From: Thermomicrobiales bacterium
GTDB lineage: Bacteria > Chloroflexota > Chloroflexia > Thermomicrobiales > CFX8
NCBI GenBank assembly: GCA_040881885.1
Contig: JBBECJ010000227.1
Span: forward strand, 1-24,605
Reading direction: 5' to 3'
Length of the DNA stretch: 24,605 bases
How positions within the stretch are numbered: the stretch's first letter is position 1; each line of letters begins with the position of its first letter. This document shows positions 1 through 8,858 of this stretch, piece by piece. The notes beneath the pieces were generated by a model, which ran no database searches, was not told the origin of the DNA, and saw nothing but the letters and a program-made list of their open reading frames with translations. A program made the translations under genes and the position numbers.

Positions 1-97
1 CGACCGCCCAGGCGTCGACTCCACGTTGACGAAGAGCCGCGACGACCGAGGTCTTGCCCGACGCGCAACTCCCAACAACAGCGACACGAATTGCCAA
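1..97 (-). CDS. 5' part of a small P-loop NTPase/kinase-like protein, running off the window edge
   Basis: Hand translation from TTG at 97: MAIRVAVVGSCASGKTSVVAALRQRGVDAWAV. Hydrophobic beta strand followed by a Walker A motif (GxxxxGKT). No stop before position 1. Not in the ORF track. No clear RBS. Confidence 0.6.
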   Translation of the reverse strand, partial: MAIRVAVVGSCASGKTSVVAALRQRGVDAWAV

Positions 98-807
98 CAG
101 CGTGAAAACGGGACGCTGACGCGGATCGTCCGCACTGGCTGCTCGATTACCGTCGGAACGATCGTGACCGCCGCGACCGTCATGTCGTCGTTGGGACGCC
201 CGCTGTCCGCGGTCACCGCCGCGGCCAACGCGCCGTCAGCGAGATCGTGCGCCAGCGCGTCGCTGGGGAGCGAGTCACGAACGAAGGCTAGCGCGTCGAA
301 CGGTTGCTGCGTCCGATGACCGGCGTTGACGATGCCGTCCGAGAAGATGACGACCGTCAGACCGGCCTCGATCGGGTACTGATCGATCATCGGACGTGTG
401 TGCCGGTAGAGCCCGATTGGGCCAGAGGCGCTGTCGTGTCGCTCAAAGACGCCGTTCTGGCGCACAAGGTACGGCGTGGCGCTGTTGCGCGTGACGAGAA
501 TCGTCTTCGTCGCAAGCTCGACCGAGACGATGTCGAGCGTGGCCGAGACGCGGCCATGTCGGTACGCGTGCAGAAAGTCGTGCGTCGCGCGGGCAATCGC
601 CCCGTCGCGGACGCCTTCCTTGAGCAGCGAAACAGCCTTGCTAGAGACCATCATGCTCAATGACTTGGCGGCATGTCCCGATCCTTGTCCATCGACGAGC
701 ACCATCGAGATGCCGCCAGTCGGTCGCTCGACCGTCTCGGCCGTGTCCCCGCTGTCGCGCGAGGCGTACTTATGGGTTTTGGCAACGGCGATCTCGATGG
801 AAAGCAT
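1..807 (-). CDS. PP2C/SpoIIE-family Ser/Thr protein phosphatase; no stop codon inside the window
   Basis: Hand translation from ATG at 807, 5 nt after the rfbB stop: MLSIEIAVAKTHKYASRDSGDTAETVERPTGGISMVLVDGQGSG...VIFSDGIVNAG...RPNDDMTVAAV...IRVSVPF. The metal-binding Asp motifs (SGD, DG, SDG, DD) are all present. The recognisable domain ends near 106 but the frame stays open to position 1. Confidence 0.85.
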   Translation of the reverse strand, partial: MLSIEIAVAKTHKYASRDSGDTAETVERPTGGISMVLVDGQGSGHAAKSLSMMVSSKAVSLLKEGVRDGAIARATHDFLHAYRHGRVSATLDIVSVELATKTILVTRNSATPYLVRQNGVFERHDSASGPIGLYRHTRPMIDQYPIEAGLTVVIFSDGIVNAGHRTQQPFDALAFVRDSLPSDALAHDLADGALAAAVTADSGRPNDDMTVAAVTIVPTVIEQPVRTIRVSVPFSRCWQFVSLLLGVARRARPRSSRLFVNVESTPGRS

Positions 808-812
808 CCGGG

Positions 813-1838
813 TCAGCCGATCCGGTCGCGGGTAGCGTAGTTCGAGTGGTAGTAACCGGCGAACTCACCCGACTTGATCGGTTCCCACCAGGCGCGGTTG
901 TCGCGGTACCACTGGATCGTCTCGCGCAACCCCTGTTCGAAGTCGACTTCCGGTTGCCAACCCAGCGCGCGCAGCCGTGAGGTGTCGAGCGAGTAGCGTC
1001 GGTCGTGGCCCTGACGGTCGGTGACGTGCGTCAGCATCTCAGGCGGCGCGTCAAGCTCGTCGAGGATGATCCGGGCGATCGAGAGATTCTCGCGTTCGTT
1101 GCCGCCGCCGACGTTGTACGCCTCACCAGGCTCCCCACGACGCAGCAACAGCTCAATGCCGGTGGCGTGGTCGCTCGCGTGGATCCAGTCGCGGATCTGG
1201 CGTCCGTCGCCGTAGATCGGGATCGGGACGCCGTCGAGGACGTTGGTGACTGCCAGCGGAATCAGCTTCTCCGGGTACTGGTAAGGTCCATAGGTGTTCG
1301 ATCCACGCGAGATGACGGCCGGAACGCCGTATGTGGAGAAGTAGGCGCGCACCATCATCTCGCCGCCCGCCTTGCTGGCGGCGTACGGGTTGCGCGGTGC
1401 GAGCGCGTCAAACTCCGACGACGATCCGCTGCTGATCTCGCCGTAGACCTCGTCGGTGCTGACATGCACGAAGCGGCGCGTCAGGTGGACGCGCGCCGCT
1501 TCGAGCAAGGTAAAGACGCCGTAGACGTCGGTCTGTATAAATTCGCCGGGGTCCATGATTGAGCGGTCAACGTGGGTCTCGGCTGCGAAGTTGACGATGG
1601 CGTCGAAGCCGTCGACAGCGGCGTGGACGGCGACGGCGTCGCAGATGTCACCTTGAACGAAGGAGAATCCTGGAGCGGCGCACAGGTCGGAGATGTTGGC
1701 TGGATTTCCGGCGTAAGTGAGCTTGTCGAATACGCAGACTCGCGAGTACCCGCGTTCTAGGAGCAGCCGGGCGAAGGTGCTGCCGATAAAACCTGCCCCG
1801 CCCGTGACAATGACGCTCGTGATCGTTTCCGTTGGCAT
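813..1838 (-). CDS. rfbB: dTDP-glucose 4,6-dehydratase (RmlB)
   Basis: TGGAGFIG NAD-binding motif, DKLTYAGN, AAETHVDRS, STDEVYG, YAASK (YxxxK), NTYGPYQYPEKLIP, DRQGHDRRY. GGAGA RBS before the ATG. Confidence 0.95.
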   Translation of the reverse strand: MPTETITSVIVTGGAGFIGSTFARLLLERGYSRVCVFDKLTYAGNPANISDLCAAPGFSFVQGDICDAVAVHAAVDGFDAIVNFAAETHVDRSIMDPGEFIQTDVYGVFTLLEAARVHLTRRFVHVSTDEVYGEISSGSSSEFDALAPRNPYAASKAGGEMMVRAYFSTYGVPAVISRGSNTYGPYQYPEKLIPLAVTNVLDGVPIPIYGDGRQIRDWIHASDHATGIELLLRRGEPGEAYNVGGGNERENLSIARIILDELDAPPEMLTHVTDRQGHDRRYSLDTSRLRALGWQPEVDFEQGLRETIQWYRDNRAWWEPIKSGEFAGYYHSNYATRDRIG

Positions 1839-1953
1839 GTTTCTCCAGTGACACGGCTCGTTTTCGTGCGATCGTTCAGCCGGCTCGCGGCATAATCACG
1901 TCACGACGCTATCATATTCGCTGAGACAACGCCGGTCGTCACTCCGGAAAGGG

Positions 1954-2691
1954 ATGCCGATGCCGCTCAGGGCGGTGACGTTCGACTTTCATAACACGCT
2001 CGCCGAATGCGACGAGTGGTTCCAGCTTGAAATCCGCGAGATCGTGCCGAGCTTGCTCGACTGGTTGGCGGCGCGTGGTGGAGCGCCCGTCACCAACGCC
2101 AATCGTGACGACGCCGTTCGCCACTATCGCAAGCTGCGGCTGGAAATCATGGACCACGGCGTCGAGCGGGACGCATACGACTGCGCCAACGACGTGCTTG
2201 GCTTGCTCGGCCTCGTCGTTGACCGTAAAACGGTCCGGCTTGGGATTGACGATGTCATGCGTGGAGCGCTGGCCGGCTCCAGGCCGGTGAACGGCGTCGT
2301 CGAGGCGGTTCGGCAGCTTCGCGAACACGGACTCGAACTGGCGGTCGTGTCGAGCGCAGTGCATCACGAGTTCCTCGAATGGTCGCTCGACAAATTCGGC
2401 ATCCGTGACTGCTTCTCGTTCGTCGTCACCTCCGCCGATTGCGGATTCTACAAGTCGAGGACCGAAATCTATACCCACACGCTGGACCGGCTCAACGTCG
2501 TTGCGGCTGACGCTGTCCATGTCGGCGACTCGTTTCGATACGACATCGAGACGGCGACACGCTCCGGGATGCGGACCGTCTGGTTCTCGCGCGCCGCGGG
2601 CGAAGGGAATCGCAACGGCGCCGGATTGACGGTCACGAGCCTGAAGGGACTGGCTCCGCTGATTCTGGACCATTTCGGGACGGAACGGTGA
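1954..2691 (+). CDS. HAD-superfamily hydrolase (subfamily IA-like)
   Basis: Motif I FDFHNTL, motif II VVSS, motif III GFYKS, motif IV HVGDS..YD. GAAAGGG RBS upstream. Confidence 0.85.
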   Translation: MPMPLRAVTFDFHNTLAECDEWFQLEIREIVPSLLDWLAARGGAPVTNANRDDAVRHYRKLRLEIMDHGVERDAYDCANDVLGLLGLVVDRKTVRLGIDDVMRGALAGSRPVNGVVEAVRQLREHGLELAVVSSAVHHEFLEWSLDKFGIRDCFSFVVTSADCGFYKSRTEIYTHTLDRLNVVAADAVHVGDSFRYDIETATRSGMRTVWFSRAAGEGNRNGAGLTVTSLKGLAPLILDHFGTER

Positions 2692-3392
2692 TGCGCTTCG
2701 ACATCTTTACGATCTTCCCGGGCATGTTCAGCAGTCCGTTCAATGAATCGATCGTCCGGCGCGCGATCGACCGTGGCCTGTTGGAGATCGCGCTCCACGA
2801 CATTCGCGAACACGGTACCGGCCGGCACCGCGCGGTCGACGACACGCCGTATGGAGGAGGAGCCGGGATGGTAATGGCCGCGCCGCCGTTGTTCGCGTCG
2901 GTTGAGTCGGTGCTTGGTGACGACCTCTCGGACATCCCTGTCATTCTGACGTCGCCCTCCGGCGAGCGGTTCAATCAGCGGATCGCTCACGAGCTGAGCA
3001 CGATTCCCCGCGTGGCGATTATCTGCGGACGCTACGAAGGCGTCGATCAGCGCGTGCGCGACCACCTGGTCACGCGCGAGCTGTCGATCGGCGACTACGT
3101 GCTGACCGGCGGCGAATTGGCGGCGGCGGTAATCGTCGATGTCGTGACGCGGCTGATCCCTGGCGCGATCGAGGCTGAGTCTCTTGACGAAGAGTCGTTT
3201 TCAGACGGGCTGCTGGAGTATCCACACTACACCCGGCCAGCCAGCTATCGCGGTTGGGAGACGCCGCCGGTCCTTCTCAGCGGACATCACGCGGAAATCG
3301 CGCGGTGGCGCCGCGAGCAGGCGCTGGCGCTGACCCGCGAACGGCGCCCTGACCTACTGGACGAGCCGGACGAGCCTGGCCCGACGGGTTGA
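2691..3392 (+). CDS. trmD: tRNA (guanine37-N1)-methyltransferase
   Basis: [63 protein letters not shown]. The ATG overlaps the HAD stop (TGATG); GTG at 2688 is an alternative start. Confidence 0.97.
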   Translation: MRFDIFTIFPGMFSSPFNESIVRRAIDRGLLEIALHDIREHGTGRHRAVDDTPYGGGAGMVMAAPPLFASVESVLGDDLSDIPVILTSPSGERFNQRIAHELSTIPRVAIICGRYEGVDQRVRDHLVTRELSIGDYVLTGGELAAAVIVDVVTRLIPGAIEAESLDEESFSDGLLEYPHYTRPASYRGWETPPVLLSGHHAEIARWRREQALALTRERRPDLLDEPDEPGPTG

Positions 3393-3447
3393 CGTGGAAT
3401 CCGCGTGCTACACTCCAATTGTCTCGCCGTTCACGCCAGGGGGTGCG

Positions 3448-4359
3448 ATGTTTCGAGGCATATTCCCGCCAACGGTAACGCAGTTCAAGGACGATGGCTC
3501 GCTGGACACCGAAGCGAACCAGAAACAGCATGACTTCCTGATCGAGTCCGGCGTCCACGGACTCTTCATCCTCGCGACGACCGGAGAGTTCATGCACATG
3601 AACCTCAAGGAGCGCGAGCAACACACCGCCGACACCGTTCAGCACGCCGCTGGCCGGACGCCGGTCATCGTCGGCGCTGGGACGACGTCGACCCGCGAGA
3701 CAATCCGCCTCAGCCGGCATGCCCAGGGAGTGGGCGCCGACGCGGTAGCGATCATCACGCCCTACTTCTGGACGCTGTCGGAGCGCGAGGTGATCGGCCA
3801 TCTCTCGGCGGTGGCGAACGCGATCGACATCCCGATACTCGTTTACAATTTTCCGGCGTATTCGAACCACAACATCTCGAACGAGACGCTGGTCGCGCTC
3901 GTCCGCGAGCATCGCAATGTCATTGGTGTGCTGGACGCGATCGACAGCCTTGAGCACCTGCGGCAGCGTGTCCAGATCGTTAAGGCGGTCAACCCGGACT
4001 TCCGCGTCCTGGCCGGAGGTGACGGACATCTGTTGAATATTCTTCAGCTCGGAGGCGACGGGACAACGCCGGCCACCGCCAACATTGCGCCAGATAGGCA
4101 TGTCCAAATCTTCAACGCGTACGAGCGGCGCGACTATCAACGCGCGCTGGAGTTGATGCCGGGGGTGCTCAACTGCCTGGATATGTTCCACATCACCGGA
4201 TCGTTCCACAGCGTCGTCAAGGAGGCGATGGTGATGGCCGGCGTGGCGGAGGCTTCGACACCCCGGCAGCCGGCATTGCCGTTGACGGCTGACAGCCGAG
4301 CGCGCCTGCGTGAAGTCCTTGCCCGGGCGAACCTGCTGTCGTCCCCGGTGGAAACGTAA
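3448..4359 (+). CDS. DapA/NAL (DHDPS-like, YagE-type) family TIM-barrel protein lacking the catalytic lysine
   Basis: GIFPPTVTQF, LFILATTGE, PVIVGAG, ITPYFW, ILVYNFP, NVIGVLDAIDSLEHL. ATG at 3448 with AGGGGG upstream is preferred over GTG 3394. Residue numbering tracks E. coli DapA (T44, T45, Y133), but position 162 is Leu (CTG at 3931-3933). Confidence 0.9.
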   Translation: MFRGIFPPTVTQFKDDGSLDTEANQKQHDFLIESGVHGLFILATTGEFMHMNLKEREQHTADTVQHAAGRTPVIVGAGTTSTRETIRLSRHAQGVGADAVAIITPYFWTLSEREVIGHLSAVANAIDIPILVYNFPAYSNHNISNETLVALVREHRNVIGVLDAIDSLEHLRQRVQIVKAVNPDFRVLAGGDGHLLNILQLGGDGTTPATANIAPDRHVQIFNAYERRDYQRALELMPGVLNCLDMFHITGSFHSVVKEAMVMAGVAEASTPRQPALPLTADSRARLREVLARANLLSSPVET

Positions 4360-4617
4360 GTGGGGCTCGATCCAGGGGGGCTGTTTTCCTGGCTGGCTGT
4401 GGGTCTGCTGGCTGGCTGGATTGCTGGTGTCGTGACACGCGGTAGCGGTTTTGGCTGCGTCACCAACGTCGTCATCGGCGTGATCGGCGCCTTTATTGGC
4501 GGTATTTTCCTCGAAGTCCTTAACGTCGACGGGACGGCCGGGTTCCTGGAAAGCCTCGCGATCGCGACGCTGGGCGCCGTCGTCCTGCTGGCGATCGCCA
4601 ACGTCGCGCGAAGGTGA
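4360..4617 (+). CDS. GlsB/YeaQ/YmgE family small membrane protein (transglycosylase-associated)
   Basis: 85 aa with three Gly-rich hydrophobic segments: WLAVGLLAGWIAG, NVVIGVIGAFIGG, IATLGAVVLL. GTG directly follows the upstream TAA. Confidence 0.85.
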   Translation: MGLDPGGLFSWLAVGLLAGWIAGVVTRGSGFGCVTNVVIGVIGAFIGGIFLEVLNVDGTAGFLESLAIATLGAVVLLAIANVARR

Positions 4618-4618
4618 C

Positions 4619-5350
4619 ATGAAGCACGAGCAACCCGCAATTCGCGTCGAGAGCGTTCACCGGCGCTACCGATCCGGGCGGCGTGACATTCCCGCCCTGG
4701 CCGGCGTCTCGTTGACAGTTGAATACGGCGAGTGGATCGCCATCGTCGGTCCTTCCGGCTGCGGCAAATCGACGCTGCTCAACCTGCTGGCCGGCATCGA
4801 CATTGCCGACGAAGGGGCAGTAACCGTCGCTGGCCGATCGCTGACGAGAATGAGCGAGAACGCCCTGGCGTCCTGGCGTGGCCGCGAAGTCGGCATCGTG
4901 TTTCAGTTCTTTCAGTTGATGCCAACGCTGACCGTCCTCGAAAACATCATCCTTCCGATGGATCTGGCCGGAAACAATCGCAATCGATCGACGCGAGCGC
5001 GGCAGCTACTTGAACAGGTCGGAGTTCTGGAACTGGCCGGCAATCTGCCGTCGGAACTATCCGGCGGTGAACAGCAACGGGTGGCAATCGCCAGGGCGCT
5101 GGCGAACGCTCCGCGGTTGTTGCTGGCTGACGAGCCGACCGGCAACCTCGATTCAACGAACGGATCGATCGTTGTCGATCTGCTTGACGCGCTCTGGCGA
5201 CAGGGGACAACCGTTGTGATGGTGACCCACGATCCTGACGTCGCCGCTCACGCGTCGCGAACGGTCACGATGCGCGACGGGCGAATCATCGAGGACGAAC
5301 TCGGCCGCCCGCGGCGGCGTCCTCCCGTCGCGCTCGCCGCGAACGGCTGA
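4619..5350 (+). CDS. ABC transporter ATP-binding protein (LolD/MacB-type)
   Basis: Walker A GPSGCGKS, Q-loop VFQFFQL, signature LSGGEQQR, Walker B LLLADEP, H-switch VTHD. Start set at ATG 4619, 1 nt after the upstream stop. Confidence 0.93.
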   Translation: MKHEQPAIRVESVHRRYRSGRRDIPALAGVSLTVEYGEWIAIVGPSGCGKSTLLNLLAGIDIADEGAVTVAGRSLTRMSENALASWRGREVGIVFQFFQLMPTLTVLENIILPMDLAGNNRNRSTRARQLLEQVGVLELAGNLPSELSGGEQQRVAIARALANAPRLLLADEPTGNLDSTNGSIVVDLLDALWRQGTTVVMVTHDPDVAAHASRTVTMRDGRIIEDELGRPRRRPPVALAANG

Positions 5351-5358
5351 TCAACATC

Positions 5359-7701
5359 ATGCGAACGCTTGTCAGCAAGGTACTTCGAGACCTCCAACGT
5401 CGACCGTTGCGCAACGTCCTGACACTCCTGGGAATCATCCTCGGCGTCGCCGGTGTCGTCGCAATCTCATCAACGGCGAGGTCCGTCGCCGACGCGCAGC
5501 GCCTCACCTACTCCGGAAGCCAACAGGCGGACCTGGCCACCTTCGCTAACGGCATGAGCCCGACAACCGCCGATCTGATCGAGCGGCAGCCGAATGTCGT
5601 CGCCGCCGAGACACGCTCGGTGACGTTTACGCGCTTCGACACCGGATCGGGCTGGGAAAACGTCAGGCTGGTTGGGTTGGAGTCGTTCGACGCGATGCGG
5701 CTCGATCTCGTCGAAGTCGTCGAGGGCCGCTTCCCGCAGCGGGGCGAAATAGCCTTTGACGAAAGCTCCCGCGAGTTGACGCCGGTCGCAATTGGCAGCG
5801 TCGTCGCGGTCAGGGAGTCCCCAGCCGATCCGCTTGCGTACGCAACCGTCGTCGGCTTTACCCGCTCGCCTGCCACGCTGGGGGCTGGCCTGATGAACCG
5901 CGCGACCGCATACGTTCCAGCGATAACCGTTCGTGAATTGACCGGCCGAACGAGCGATAACTATCTGCTGGTCAGGGTCGAGGATCAATCGCGGGCCAGC
6001 CAGACGGCGTCCGACATCAGCCGTCTGTTGTCAAAACGGGGCGTCTCGATCTCCAGCTTCGACGTGCGTGATCCCGACGCGTTCGTGGGATCACAAGAGC
6101 TGAGGACGCTGTTGTTGCTGCTCGGAATATTCTCGTGGCTCGGCGCCGCGCTCTCTTCGGTGCTGGTCGCCAACACACTCGCGGCAGTTATGAGCGAAGA
6201 AATGGCGCAGATCGGGATCATCAAGAGCATCGGCGGAAGGCGATGGCAGATCGTCCTCACCTACCTGATCTATGGCTCGGTTCTCGGAGCGGCCGGAACA
6301 CTGCTCGGCTGGCTGGCCGGACTGGTTATCGGACGGGAGATCACTGGCTATCTGACGCGGCTGACCGGGTTGCAACAGCCGCCGTTCGGGGTCGCGGTCA
6401 GGGAGATCGGCCTGGCGCTGCTGGTTGGCGCGCTGGTCACGCTGACCGCGTCGCTATTGCCGGTGTTGGTCAACGCCAACGCGCGCGTCGCGTCGCTGTT
6501 ACGCTCGCCTGGCGTGCGCAACGAGTTCGCGGGACGGCGCATCTTGCGTGTCACAGGGCCACTGACGAGCGTCAGCGTAGCGGTTGCGGTGGGAATGCGC
6601 AACGCGATGCGGCGGCCACGCAGGACACTGGCAACGATCCTGGTCGTCACAGTCGCGGTCGCGGCCTTCGTTGCCACCCAGGCACTGAGTCGCTCGGTCT
6701 CCGAAACGGTCGATGAACTTTACGCGTTGTATGGCGCCGACGGTTGGGTCTCGTTTCAACGCCCTGTCGATGTCGGATTCGCGTCGGTGCTTGAGCAAGA
6801 CCCGTGGATCACGCACGTCGAGGCGTGGACGAGCGCCTCCGGCGCGATCGGCTCTACACGGACCGATATCTGGGGCATGCCGACCGACGATCCGCTCTAC
6901 AGCTACCGCCTCGTCGAAGGGTCATGGGTCACGCGCTCCAACCCGCCCAGCGCCGTCCTGACGACCAATCTGGCCGGCTCAATCGACGCGAAGGTCGGCG
7001 ATTGGCGCGAACTGGACATTGGAGTCAGTCGCGAGACAGTCCAGATCGTCGGTATCGTCGATGATTCGAGCACCTACCTCGGAAACGCCGCGACTGGCAA
7101 GGTGTTCATGCACATCGACGATGTCAACCGCCTGCGTTCGCTTGGGCGACAGGCAGACCTGTTCGCCTACCAGTTGACCGCCTCCGATCCGGAAAGTGTT
7201 GACAGGGCGCTGGCCGCGATCGAGGAACGCACACGCGAGTACGGGCCGGTGACGTACTCGTCGTATTCGGATCAGCAAAGCTCGCGGCAGGCGATTGGCG
7301 TGTTGACGCTGATGCTGAATGTGATGGTTATCGTTGTCGCCGTCGTCGGCGTCTCCGGCATCGCCAACACGCTCCTGATCAGCATTGCCGAACGGCGGCG
7401 TGAGTTCGGCGTCCTGCGGGCGATCGGAGCCGGCACGCGCCATATCGTGGTCGTCCTTGTCAGCGAGGGTGTCATGCTGGCGCTGTTGGGGCTGATCGCC
7501 GGCACGCTGGTCGGCTATCCGCTCGCGCGTGTGCTCGTCAACGTAACCAGCGCCGAACTCTTCGAGCTGAGCTTCCATCTCTCGCCGGTTTCAGTCGTGG
7601 CGACGTTCGTGGTCGCATTGCTGACGGTCGCGGCCGTTTCCGCCGTGCCAGGGTTGGTCGCCTCCCGAATTAGACCGATTCAGGTGTTGCGCTATGAGTA
7701 G
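5359..7701 (+). CDS. FtsX/MacB-family ABC transporter permease with duplicated periplasmic core and FtsX domains
   Basis: Two repeats of a TM helix, large extracytoplasmic domain and FtsX segment: EEMAQIGIIKSIGG and ERRREFGVLRAIGA. Ends ASRIRPIQVLRYE. Confidence 0.92.
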   Translation: MRTLVSKVLRDLQRRPLRNVLTLLGIILGVAGVVAISSTARSVADAQRLTYSGSQQADLATFANGMSPTTADLIERQPNVVAAETRSVTFTRFDTGSGWENVRLVGLESFDAMRLDLVEVVEGRFPQRGEIAFDESSRELTPVAIGSVVAVRESPADPLAYATVVGFTRSPATLGAGLMNRATAYVPAITVRELTGRTSDNYLLVRVEDQSRASQTASDISRLLSKRGVSISSFDVRDPDAFVGSQELRTLLLLLGIFSWLGAALSSVLVANTLAAVMSEEMAQIGIIKSIGGRRWQIVLTYLIYGSVLGAAGTLLGWLAGLVIGREITGYLTRLTGLQQPPFGVAVREIGLALLVGALVTLTASLLPVLVNANARVASLLRSPGVRNEFAGRRILRVTGPLTSVSVAVAVGMRNAMRRPRRTLATILVVTVAVAAFVATQALSRSVSETVDELYALYGADGWVSFQRPVDVGFASVLEQDPWITHVEAWTSASGAIGSTRTDIWGMPTDDPLYSYRLVEGSWVTRSNPPSAVLTTNLAGSIDAKVGDWRELDIGVSRETVQIVGIVDDSSTYLGNAATGKVFMHIDDVNRLRSLGRQADLFAYQLTASDPESVDRALAAIEERTREYGPVTYSSYSDQQSSRQAIGVLTLMLNVMVIVVAVVGVSGIANTLLISIAERRREFGVLRAIGAGTRHIVVVLVSEGVMLALLGLIAGTLVGYPLARVLVNVTSAELFELSFHLSPVSVVATFVVALLTVAAVSAVPGLVASRIRPIQVLRYE

Positions 7702-8683
7702 ATCGCGCGTCGCTCTCGGGATCGTGGCGGCCTGCGCGGTGATTGCGCTGGTCGTCTGGTACATGAACGGGCGCGGCGAGGAACGCGCGACGGCGATTGT
7801 CGAACGTGGCTCAATCGATGTCACGATCCAGACGGTCGGAACGCTTCAGGCAACGGGAGCGACAACGATCCGGGCAACCGAGGGAGGCGCGATTGATCGC
7901 CTGGGTGTCAAAGCTGGCGACGTTGTTATCGAGGGTGACATTGTCGCATTGCTCGATCTGGAACCGTTTGACCGCGGCGTTCGAAACGCTGAACGAGGTC
8001 AGGAGCAGGCTGAGTTCGCGTTGCAGGCAGCCGAGCAGCTGGCTGACGAGGAAACCGCGGACAACAGCCTGCGTGTCGAGGTCCTGAACGCTTCCGAACA
8101 GGTTGAGCGCGCTGAAACAGCTCTGGACGACGCGCTCATTTCCCGGCGCAACGCGACGATCGTCAGCCCGGCGAGCGGGACGGTCATCGAGCTGCTCGTC
8201 CGCGAAGGGGATCTGATCGGAGGAAACCAACCGGTCGCGCGGGTCGCGACTCCCATCGATTTCGTCGTCATCGCTGATGTTGACGAACTCGACCTCCCAA
8301 ATGTCGCAGCCGGCGCTGAAGCGCGGTTCCGGCTGGACGCGTTTCCGGCGACTGAGTTGACTGGGCGCGTTGTCAGCACGGCTCCACAGGCTCGGCAACA
8401 AGGAGGCGCGACTGTCTTCGCCACCGAAATCGTATTCACCCCCCCCGACGGCCTCGACCTTCGTCCGGGAATGAACGCCGACATCACGATCGTGACCGCC
8501 GCCCGCGCCGATGTGTTGTTGATCCCGGAAGCGGCGTTGCGGACGGTCGGAGACCGATCGTATGTGCTTGTCAATACCGACGACGGCTCCGAAGAACGCG
8601 AGATTGTTCTTGGCTATCGCGGCAGCGGGCAAGTCGAGGTCGTCTCCGGCCTTGCCGAGGGAGAGTCGGTCGTGTTGCGCTGA
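7694..8683 (+). CDS. Efflux periplasmic adaptor / membrane fusion protein (MacA/HlyD-like)
   Basis: N-terminal anchor, lipoyl halves (VKAGDVV; IVSPASGTV...VREGD), coiled-coil hairpin, DLRPGMNA, IPEAAL, LGYRG..VEVVSGL.EGE.V. 8-nt overlap with the permease. Confidence 0.9.
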   Translation: MSRSRVALGIVAACAVIALVVWYMNGRGEERATAIVERGSIDVTIQTVGTLQATGATTIRATEGGAIDRLGVKAGDVVIEGDIVALLDLEPFDRGVRNAERGQEQAEFALQAAEQLADEETADNSLRVEVLNASEQVERAETALDDALISRRNATIVSPASGTVIELLVREGDLIGGNQPVARVATPIDFVVIADVDELDLPNVAAGAEARFRLDAFPATELTGRVVSTAPQARQQGGATVFATEIVFTPPDGLDLRPGMNADITIVTAARADVLLIPEAALRTVGDRSYVLVNTDDGSEEREIVLGYRGSGQVEVVSGLAEGESVVLR

Positions 8684-8738
8684 TAGCGTACGTGAGACAT
8701 AAGTAGTATCCAGGTACTCGCGCCCTGGGGGACTGGCG

Positions 8739-8766
8739 TTGACAATCAGGACTGCATTGCTATCGC
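8739..8766 (+). promoter_or_regulatory. Possible sigma70-type promoter for the AAA+ ATPase gene
   Basis: Perfect TTGACA at 8739-8744 in an AT-enriched intergenic gap. The best -10 (TATCGC, preceded by TGC, 16-nt spacer) is weak. Confidence 0.3.
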
Positions 8767-8858
8767 GAGAGTGGCAAGCATTTCATACGCTAGTAATGTC
8801 GAGCGTAGGCGAGCCGGCACGATGATCCAAGCGGTCTTGTACAGTGGGAAGGTCCGAG

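Noticed and set aside
3277-4620. 447-aa ORF on the - strand opposite the DapA-like and YeaQ-like genes
   Set aside because: No recognisable motifs. It is an antisense shadow typical of high-GC coding DNA, and the + strand genes are well supported.
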